DNA of 64,000 bases, taken from assembly GCF_027486195.1 (NCBI RefSeq), contig NZ_JAIXPP010000042.1, forward strand, positions 4,554-68,553, given 5' to 3'. Shown in pieces: positions 52,959 through 59,869 of this stretch; the stretch's first letter is position 1; every line of letters starts with the position of its first letter. The stretch is from Novosphingobium sp. (GTDB taxonomy: Bacteria; Pseudomonadota; Alphaproteobacteria; Sphingomonadales; Sphingomonadaceae). Both the position numbers and the translations under genes were made by a program. The notes beneath the pieces were generated by a model. It did not search any database. It was not told the DNA's origin and saw only the letters and a program-made list of their open reading frames with translations.

Positions 52959-53888
52959 ATGAAGATCCTTCTCGCATCGACCACCGCGCTGCTCCTCACC
53001 ATCGTGCCCGCGCACGCCCAGCTCATCGGCGGCGGCGGCGCGCTTGGCGGCACACTGGGTGGCACCTTGGGTGGAACGCTGGGCGGTACCTTGAACGGAC
53101 CGGGCAGCATTGGCTCGACGATGGACACCGTCCGTTCGCCGGTCGACACTGTCGGGACCGCCCCGCTCGCGAACTCGAAGTCCAGCGCCCGCACCGCCGG
53201 TAGTCAGAACGTCAACGCGAAGAGCGGCACGGTTCATGCCGATCGCAGCGCCAATGCCGGGCTGACCGGGATGGCGGCGCAGGCTGTCTCCACGCCTGCA
53301 CAGGCGATGGCGGGTAGCGCCTCGGGTAGCGCTTCGGGCAGCGCCGCAGGTAGCGCCGATGCGCAGCTCTTCGGCACAGATGCGCTGACCCAGACCGCCA
53401 CAGGGACGCTTAGCACGGCCCGCACGGCTGCATCCGATGCCGCAATGACCGCGCGCAGCAGCGCGGGGATGATTGGCTCCGCAGCGCGGCAGACTGCCGG
53501 TTCGGCGAGCGGCGTTGCGACAGGAACGGCGAACGGCAGCGCCAACGGCCTGCTGTCTGGCGCATCGGGCAATCTGGCCGCTGCGGGCAGTCTGGCGGCG
53601 GCTGGCGACGGAGCCTTCTCCGTCAGCCGCGGCATGAGCGTCCTTGGCCCTGACGGGAACCGCCTGGGCAAGGTCCGCAGTGTGATCGCGGATACGCATG
53701 GTGAAGTGCAGGCGGTCCTCGTCAAGGTCGATGGCGCAACCGCCATGCTGCCGGCTGCGAATTTCTCAGGCAAGGGCAATGCGCTAGTTTCGGCGATGGG
53801 CGAGAGCCAGATCAAGCAGCAACAGGCCGCTGCGAAGAGCGCGGCGCCCAAGCAGGGGGCGCCAGCGCGATCCACGGCCCGGAAGTGA
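52959..53888 (+). CDS. secreted Gly/Ala/Ser-rich protein with C-terminal PRC-barrel domain
   Basis: Signal peptide MKILLASTTALLLTIVPAHA, a low-complexity region with (GGTL)x4 and GSA repeats, and a C-terminal GMSVLGPDGNRLGKVRSVIADTHGEVQAVLVKVDG. Confidence 0.65.
   Translation: MKILLASTTALLLTIVPAHAQLIGGGGALGGTLGGTLGGTLGGTLNGPGSIGSTMDTVRSPVDTVGTAPLANSKSSARTAGSQNVNAKSGTVHADRSANAGLTGMAAQAVSTPAQAMAGSASGSASGSAAGSADAQLFGTDALTQTATGTLSTARTAASDAAMTARSSAGMIGSAARQTAGSASGVATGTANGSANGLLSGASGNLAAAGSLAAAGDGAFSVSRGMSVLGPDGNRLGKVRSVIADTHGEVQAVLVKVDGATAMLPAANFSGKGNALVSAMGESQIKQQQAAAKSAAPKQGAPARSTARK
53046..53093 (+). repeat. 4 x 12-nt in-frame tandem repeat (GGTL)4
   Basis: ggcggcacactg ggtggcaccttg ggtggaacgctg ggcggtaccttg. 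A second 12-nt GSA-type run lies near 53305-53350. Confidence 0.8.
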
Positions 53889-54008
53889 CCTCGTGCAGTG
53901 ACCTCGCTGCTGCGGGATGACCGCGGCAGCGAGGTCGGGCACTATCGCCTGCAAAGAGGCGGGTGGGACGGGCCAGGTCGTGCCGGGCGCAAAGCCCACC
54001 CCCGCACC

Positions 54009-54119
54009 TTACCCTGACAGGGCATCACCAGTCGGCGTTTCCATGAAATGATGGCCGCCGGCGTAGATGACGACATACTGCTTGCCGCCCACAATTGCAG
54101 GGTCGCTCAGGGTGGCAGT
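54009..54119 (-). pseudogene. 36-codon C-terminal stub of a PQQ-dependent (glucose/quinate-type) dehydrogenase
   Basis: TATLSDPAIVGGKQYVVIYAGGHHFMETPTGDALSG* resembles the last propeller blade and C-terminus of membrane PQQ dehydrogenases. An in-frame stop lies immediately upstream and nothing matches beyond it. Confidence 0.45.
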
Positions 54120-54379
54120 TCATGTGCCGATCCGGGTATGCGTCGCAGAAGTCGCAAGCGCGAATTGCGATGGGTTCGACCCACTTGGCAAAAATCCAGT
54201 CCGCGCCAGAAACGAGCGCCACCGACCATCGTCGTTTTCAAACCTGCTGTCGGCGCCATCCTTCTTGGCGCACCTGTCGCTGCCGGAGTGGCCGCGCGAA
54301 AGCCATGAAGCGATGCGCAGAGATTACCGCGCGATCAGCATCGGTTTGTGCGGGAACAGCCGCCCGGCGAAACGATTGA

Positions 54380-55048
54380 ATGGTGACAGACCCTCACGCG
54401 GATGAATTGTCGATGGCTGCAATTGCAATCGAACCGGCCGGAGTCAGGCACATACGCCGCCATGCACACTTGGTGCGGCGCAATGAGACGACCGACCGCC
54501 TGTTCCGGGTCGTCGACGGCTGGGCGTGCCAGTACCGGCTCCTGCCCGATGGCCGCCGCCAGATCATTTCATTGTTCCTGCCTGGCGACTACTGCGAAGC
54601 GCAGTGGCTCCTTACCGGCCGGGCCAATTGGCCGATCGTGGCTCTGACCGATGTTTCGTTCGTCGAACTCCCGCTGGCCCGGATCCGGGCAGACCTCGCG
54701 CACGGGGCACCGGGCATCCTGGAAGTGCTGAACGCGATCGCACGCACGCTGAAAAACCATGAGACGTGGATCGTGAACCTTGGGCGGATGAGCGCGACCG
54801 AGCGCATCTGCGCGCTGCTCGTCGATCTTTTCGAACGCATGGAACTGACGGGCAAGGTCGTGGCCAACCGCTGCCCAATGCCGCTCACACAGCATGACAT
54901 TGCCGATGTCGTGGGGATTTCTGCGGTCCATGCCAACCGCGTGCTGCAGATCCTTCGCGGTGAAAGGGTGATCGCCCTCACCGCAGGCCGGCTAGAATTG
55001 CTCGACCCGGCAGAACTGCGGCGCATGTGCGGCCCTGCGTGCCAGTAG
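54380..55048 (+). CDS. Crp/Fnr-family transcriptional regulator
   Basis: cNMP-like barrel (LFRVVDGWACQYRLLPDGRRQIISLFLPGD) and C-terminal HTH (TQHDIADVVGISAVHANRVLQILR). Confidence 0.85.
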   Translation: MVTDPHADELSMAAIAIEPAGVRHIRRHAHLVRRNETTDRLFRVVDGWACQYRLLPDGRRQIISLFLPGDYCEAQWLLTGRANWPIVALTDVSFVELPLARIRADLAHGAPGILEVLNAIARTLKNHETWIVNLGRMSATERICALLVDLFERMELTGKVVANRCPMPLTQHDIADVVGISAVHANRVLQILRGERVIALTAGRLELLDPAELRRMCGPACQ

Positions 55049-55166
55049 GATACGCCAGTCCGCCAGAAAAGGGCCGGCCACGACACCGAGGGGCGTCGTG
55101 GCCGGTATGATCCCGCGCGGGAGATCACGCTTCGAGGGTTGAAGCGATGTTCCCGGCGCGGACTGC

Positions 55167-55751
55167 CTAGTGGGCGGGGGACGAGCCAGGCAGTTTGTCC
55201 AGCATATCGAGATGCGACTGGACTACGGGAGCGATCGTTGCCGCGACTGCCTTGAGGTTCGGCGTATCGCCATCAGAAGCGTAGTGCTGGTGCAGGTCCA
55301 GCGCATCCTTGTGCGCGGTGCGCTGCATGTCGAGGTAGAGCTTGTCAGCGTCGGCCCCATTTGCGGCGGCGAGTTGGCCAAGCTGCTCCTGCTGATCATC
55401 GGTCAGAGCCGGCAAGCCCGGCGCGAGTTTGATCTTGTCTGCTGCGCTGAGCAATTCGTTGGTGGACTTCTCATGCGCGGCGATCATCGTTTTGGCGAAC
55501 GAGCGTATGTCGGCGTTCCCCGTGGTCTTCAGGATCGCCTGCGAGGACTGGATTTCAAAGCTGTCCCCGGCTGCTGCCTTGTCGAGATAGCCGCGCGCGT
55601 GAGTCGTCTGGGTGACTGCAGCGGGCAACTTTATGTCTGGCGCTTCAAGCGTCACTTTGTCACCCGACGGACTCTCGCCATCCACCTTCTTGTCGCACCC
55701 GGCTAATGCCAAAGCGAGGGCCGGAGCCACGATCCAGAACGCACGTTCCAT
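55167..55751 (-). CDS. DUF4142-like lipoprotein
   Basis: Lipobox ALALAGC, two helical repeats (F...MI..H...) and a GAGGAG RBS. The ORF-track upstream extension was discarded. Confidence 0.7.
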   Translation of the reverse strand: MERAFWIVAPALALALAGCDKKVDGESPSGDKVTLEAPDIKLPAAVTQTTHARGYLDKAAAGDSFEIQSSQAILKTTGNADIRSFAKTMIAAHEKSTNELLSAADKIKLAPGLPALTDDQQEQLGQLAAANGADADKLYLDMQRTAHKDALDLHQHYASDGDTPNLKAVAATIAPVVQSHLDMLDKLPGSSPAH

Positions 55752-55827
55752 AAGCCATCTCCTCTGAAAAATGGCATGGTGATGCCATCGCAGACCCATC
55801 CAGAGAGGAGGGCCCAGTGCCGCAGAT

Positions 55828-55852
55828 AACGTTCGCCGAGCCGGAGAGGTCC
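55828..55852 (-). promoter_or_regulatory. EcfG-type promoter candidate (GGACC-N16-CGTT)
   Basis: One mismatch to GGAAC-N16-CGTT. It lies 77 nt upstream of the DUF4142 ATG. Confidence 0.4.
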
Positions 55853-55901
55853 ATCAGCAGATACTGATTTGGGTTAGAAAGTCGGAAGGGGAGGGGGAGC
55901 C

Positions 55902-55926
55902 GGAACAACGCCAGTCGCTCCACGTT
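55902..55926 (+). promoter_or_regulatory. EcfG-type general stress promoter (GGAAC-N16-CGTT, exact)
   Basis: GGAAC at 55902-55906, a 16-nt spacer, CGTT at 55923-55926. It lies 53 nt upstream of the PRC-barrel gene ATG. Confidence 0.6.
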
Positions 55927-55978
55927 GTCGCAATGTCCTCAGGCACCCCGAGGCCATTTCAACAGCAGGAGCCATGAC

Positions 55979-56344
55979 ATGTCCGACACGTCTGATACTT
56001 ATGAGACGCATGATCTCATCTCTTCCGACAGGGTTGAAGGCACAGCAGTCTACAATCCGCAAGGCGAGCGCCTTGGCACCATCCAGCGCTTCATGGTCGA
56101 CAAGCGCTCGGGCAAGGCACGCTATGCCGTGCTTCAGTTCGGTGGGTTCTTTGGCATCGGCAGCGATTACTACCCCATCCCGTGGGAAATGCTGGCCTAT
56201 GATCCGAACAAGAGCGGCTATGTTGTCGAGCTCAATCAGGAGCAACTCGGTGATGCGCCGCACTATGGCGATTCCGCAGCACCGGAATTCGACCGTCAGT
56301 ATGGCAAGGAGATCTACTCCCACTACGGCCTGACCTACTACTGA
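55979..56344 (+). CDS. PRC-barrel domain protein
   Basis: 121 aa: LISSDRVEGTAVYNPQGERLGTIQRFMVDKRSGKARYAVLQFGGFFGIGSDYYPIPW. AGGAG sits 8 nt upstream. Confidence 0.8.
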   Translation: MSDTSDTYETHDLISSDRVEGTAVYNPQGERLGTIQRFMVDKRSGKARYAVLQFGGFFGIGSDYYPIPWEMLAYDPNKSGYVVELNQEQLGDAPHYGDSAAPEFDRQYGKEIYSHYGLTYY

Positions 56345-56482
56345 CTGCGTGAGGCGTTGGACGTAAGCGCGCCTCTCGGCACTCTCACCGGAGCGCGCTT
56401 TGCCCACGCCGGACGGTCAGCTGAACGACATCGCGCCGAGCCCACGGGGGGACCGTAGTCGGTGCGTAATTCGAGTCATGGT

Positions 56483-57139
56483 TCAGCTTTGCGGGGTTAC
56501 CATGTGCTGTGGGCGGACAAGTCGATCGAAGACGTCTGCATCGACAATCCCGCTTTCAAGCGCTGCTTCGCGCAAGGTCAGGCCGCGAGCATGGGCATCG
56601 TGCGCAATTCGCGCGGCCTTGTCGTAGCCGATATGCGGCGCGAGCGCGGTCACGAGCATGAGCGAGCGTTCGACGAGATCGGCGATACGAGCCTCGTCAG
56701 CGCGAAGTCCCTGGAGGGCGTGGCGAGTGAAACCCACTATCGCTGCAAGGCGCCAAGCGTGACCGCATGTCAGGATCTCGTTTGCCCGGCCGGCAATGAC
56801 CTCGTTGACGTTCATGTTGGTGTGCGTACCCGAGCCGGTTTGCCACACAGTGAGGGGAAAATGGTCGTCGAGATCGCCGCGCATGACTTCCTGCGCCGCA
56901 GTTTCGATTCCGTCGGCAAGATCGGCTGGTAGGCCATGCGCGCGATTGATACGTGAAGCCGCTACTTTGATCGTGGCCAGTGCATGCACGATCGCAACCG
57001 GCATTCTTTCTGGTTCCGGAAAATCGAAATGAACCAGACTGCGCTGTGTCTGGGCACCCCAATATGCTGCAGCAGGAACCTTGATCGGACCGAAGCTGTC
57101 ATGTTCGGAGCGGGTCCGACCATCGGATCGCAGCGCCAT
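56483..57139 (-). pseudogene. fumC: class II fumarate hydratase with large in-frame internal deletion
   Basis: The N-terminal ~125 aa (SFGPIKVPAAAYWGAQTQRS...WQTGSGTHTNMNVNEVIAGRANEIL) are joined directly to the C-terminal ~80 aa (SLMLVTALAPHIGYDKAARIAHDAH...VRPQHM). The total is 218 aa against ~460 expected, and the GSSxMPxKxN loop region is absent. Confidence 0.75.
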
Positions 57140-57147
57140 GTCGCAAC

Positions 57148-57354
57148 CTACTCGGAAATGTCGCTGGCGATCTGCGCCAGCAAGTCGAGAAACTCCTGCG
57201 GCACAGGCTCTTCAACCACGGCGTCGTAATAGGCGCGGATGTCCTTGTTCCAGTCGGCTTCGGGAAGCTCGCCATCCTGTAGATCGACCGGCGCCGCCTG
57301 CTTTCGTTCAAAGCCGGGAGCAGGTTTCGCTTTCGAGAACGGGTCCTTGTTCAT
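57148..57354 (-). CDS. nepR: NepR-type anti-sigma factor
   Basis: 68 aa ending ...IRAYYDAVVEEPVPQEFLDLLAQI, the NepR signature (Y-D-x-V-V-x-E-P-V-P-x-x-F-x-x-L-L). Confidence 0.7.
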   Translation of the reverse strand: MNKDPFSKAKPAPGFERKQAAPVDLQDGELPEADWNKDIRAYYDAVVEEPVPQEFLDLLAQIASDISE

Positions 57355-57507
57355 GTATCGCTTCTCATGCCCGATACCGCACATGCTGGCCTGCACAAAC
57401 AGAGCCCGCGTATGGCCATTGAAATCTCGGAAATGCATACTCCGTCCCCGCATTCCATTGTCGTCTTGTACCATTCCCGGCAGTGCAACGCACTTACCGG
57501 GAATACC

Positions 57508-58335
57508 TCACTGTCGGCCTTGTGAGCCGAAGAAGAGCGCTTGGCTGATCGCCGTGCGCACCGTTTCATCGCGAAATGGCTTGCCGATCAGGAATGCCGG
57601 CTCCGGCCGTTCGCCCGTAAGCAGCAATTCCGGAAAGGCCGTAATGAAGATCACCGGTACGTCGCTCTGCGCCGCGATGGCATCGACCGCCTCGACACCT
57701 GAGCTACCGTCTGCGAGCTGCACATCGCTGAGCACGAGGTTCGGCTTTTCCAGATCGAACAGGGCGCGCGCGTCCTGGGCAGTGGTCGCATTGGCGACAA
57801 CACGGTGACCGGTTTCGGCAACGATGCTCTCAAGGTGGCATGCGATCAGCGCCTCATCCTCGATGACGAGCACGCGCACCGGGTTTTCGAGCCCGAGATC
57901 TGTCTTCGCCTGCTGGACGAGTTCCTCCGCATATCTTTCTGAAACACTCAGGATCGCAGCGGTTTGGGGGATCGAAAAGCCTTCGCGCTGATGGAGCAGA
58001 AGGGCCTGGCGCGGCAAGCTCGGGATCCGCGCAATCTGCGAGCCATGCGGGGAGACCGATCCGGGAGGCGTCGGGACTTCGGTCGACTTCCACAGCTGCG
58101 TGAACGCACGGAACAGCGCGACAGGTCCGTTGCAGATTTCGGCGCGGATCGCACCGTCGCGGAGCGAGGACTCGAGTAGCGCCCGGACTATGGCGTCTCC
58201 CGCGGTTTGCCGACCGGTTAGCGAGCGCGCGTAGCGTCGGAGGTAGGGCAGGGTTCGTCCCAGTTCCGCGCCGGCCGGATCGCCGCTCGTTATGCGGCGG
58301 CCGGAAAGGTTTGAAGGATCCGAAGAGTTGCCCAT
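57508..58335 (-). CDS. phyR: PhyR anti-anti-sigma response regulator
   Basis: N-terminal ECF-sigma-like domain (LPYLRRYARSLTGRQ...) plus C-terminal receiver (VLVIEDEALIA...LVLSDVQLADGSSG...KPF). Start 58335, 58347 or 58365. Confidence 0.85.
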   Translation of the reverse strand: MGNSSDPSNLSGRRITSGDPAGAELGRTLPYLRRYARSLTGRQTAGDAIVRALLESSLRDGAIRAEICNGPVALFRAFTQLWKSTEVPTPPGSVSPHGSQIARIPSLPRQALLLHQREGFSIPQTAAILSVSERYAEELVQQAKTDLGLENPVRVLVIEDEALIACHLESIVAETGHRVVANATTAQDARALFDLEKPNLVLSDVQLADGSSGVEAVDAIAAQSDVPVIFITAFPELLLTGERPEPAFLIGKPFRDETVRTAISQALFFGSQGRQ

Positions 58336-58400
58336 GAGTGGCCCCATATTGCGCGGCCCCTTCACTCTGCGGCGCGCGAGCGTGGCGGGGTTTCGACATA

Positions 58401-58424
58401 AACGGTTGCCGTGCCGGTAGTTCC
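58401..58424 (-). promoter_or_regulatory. EcfG-type promoter candidate upstream of phyR (GGAAC-N15-CGTT)
   Basis: Exact -35 and -10 words with a 15-nt spacer (the consensus I recall is N16-17). Confidence 0.45.
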
Positions 58425-58619
58425 CGCCCGCGTGACAAAAAAACTTCCTGCTGCGGCCTGTGGGGCAATTGCCACGCCTCGCCGCAAAGCATGCACACTA
58501 ACTAAAGTTTCAAGCTAAACAATGATTCGGCGGTATTTTTCGCGACTGCGGTATAATATCCGCACTCCGTCGCTTAACTTGGAGAATAGTTGCCCTAAAC
58601 CCTTTGTCAGGAAAATCCT

Positions 58620-59258
58620 ATGACCAACCAGACCGGACGCAAAGTCGGCGCGGTGGAGAGCCATGCCTTGTCGGACGCGGATTTTCACAGAGAGCTTGTC
58701 GCCTCGATCCCGCACTTGCGTGCTTTCGCGCGCAGTCTGTGCGGCCACCGGGATATCGCCGATGATCTCGCGCAGGAGACCATGCTCAAGGCATGGGCTG
58801 CCCGGGATCGCTTCCGGGCGGGGACGAGTTTCCGGGCTTGGACATTCACGATCCTCAGGCACCACTATTTCGGCCAATTGCGGCGCGAGCGCTTTACGGG
58901 CGCTTATGACGAAGCCACTGCGGAGCGCATCCTCAATTGCAAGGGCGATCAGGAAGCGCGGCTGGAGGCCATCGACGTATTGCGCGCGATGGAATGCCTG
59001 TCGGCGACGCAGCGCGAAGTCCTGATTTTGATGGCCATCGGCACGATGAGCTACGAGGAAATCGCGCTGGTGTGCGGCGTGGCGGTCGGCACGATCAAGA
59101 GCCGCATAGCCCGCGCTCGCTCGGCGCTTTCTGCCATTCTCGAAGGAGGCATCGTGCCGGAAGCGCGCAAGAATTTCGTGCTGGAGGGAGAAGTTTTCGA
59201 TGCCTTTCTGGCGAGATTGCACGCCATCGCCCCGGAATACGCAAACCGCGCGGCCTGA
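58620..59258 (+). CDS. ecfG: ECF sigma factor, EcfG-like, with C-terminal extension
   Basis: IPHLRAFARSLCGHRDIADDLAQETMLKAWAARDRF...FRAWTFTILRHHYF and region 4 (LILMAIGTMSYEEIALVCGVAVGTIKSRIARAR). About 35 residues follow region 4.2. Divergent from phyR. Confidence 0.8.
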   Translation: MTNQTGRKVGAVESHALSDADFHRELVASIPHLRAFARSLCGHRDIADDLAQETMLKAWAARDRFRAGTSFRAWTFTILRHHYFGQLRRERFTGAYDEATAERILNCKGDQEARLEAIDVLRAMECLSATQREVLILMAIGTMSYEEIALVCGVAVGTIKSRIARARSALSAILEGGIVPEARKNFVLEGEVFDAFLARLHAIAPEYANRAA

Positions 59259-59786
59259 GCATGCGAAAGGTGCGGCGTAAGCAATCTGTGGCCGACCTCG
59301 CTCGCCCTCTCCCCCTGAGTGGTAACGGCTACGCGCGATCGCCTGGACCCTGCTTTGCACATCCTGAAGCATGGTCTTGGCCTCAGCCCCTTGCGCGCGC
59401 CTTTCCTTCCGCCCGTGTAGCGGTGAGCGGATGCGTGGAACCGCTGATGCGATAGATCGCATCGCGCTGGACGAGCTGTCCCAACACCGCGCGATGGCCC
59501 TTGCGGCGTCTGCACGGCTCCCCGGGGCCTTGGCCTCGATCGGGGAAATCCCATCGACATGGGCGTGCTGGCTAACCTGCGCCTTCAACGCAGAGAAAAT
59601 CGAGGCCAACCTCGCAGAATTGCGCGGCTTCGGGCGCAATGGTCATATGGGATTTCGTGGTCATTGCAGCTCCTTCGGGGCAAGTGCCCTCGAAACCGGG
59701 CCGCAACGACGAAGTTCCCAAACGACAACATGGGTTGGGATGATCCTGGTCTGTGCTTGAATGCAGTCATGCGCGACACGCAGGCG

Positions 59787-59812
59787 GGAACCTTGACCTT
59801 GCCGGCGGCTTT
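59787..59812 (+). promoter_or_regulatory. weak EcfG-type promoter candidate upstream of katE (GGAAC-N17-CTTT)
   Basis: Exact -35 word, one mismatch in the -10 word. It lies 58 nt upstream of the katE ATG. Confidence 0.3.
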
Positions 59813-59869
59813 ACTGGCTATGCTTCTGGCGCGCACCGCGCGGGTTGTTCATGATCTGAAAGGCACGGC

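Noticed and set aside
57433-57478. GGAAT-N16-GGAAT / GGAAT-N16-CATT words upstream of nepR as an EcfG promoter.
   Set aside because: There are two or more mismatches to GGAAC-N16-CGTT, which is too weak to call. nepR may simply be co-transcribed with phyR.
58552-58557. Perfect TATAAT hexamer upstream of ecfG as a sigma-70 promoter.
   Set aside because: No acceptable -35 element lies at 16-19 nt spacing, and a single hexamer in an AT-rich patch is expected by chance.
58515-59639. 374-aa minus-strand ORF covering ecfG.
   Set aside because: It lies antisense to a sigma factor with clear regions 2 and 4. Its composition is Arg/Ala-rich, as in shadow ORFs.
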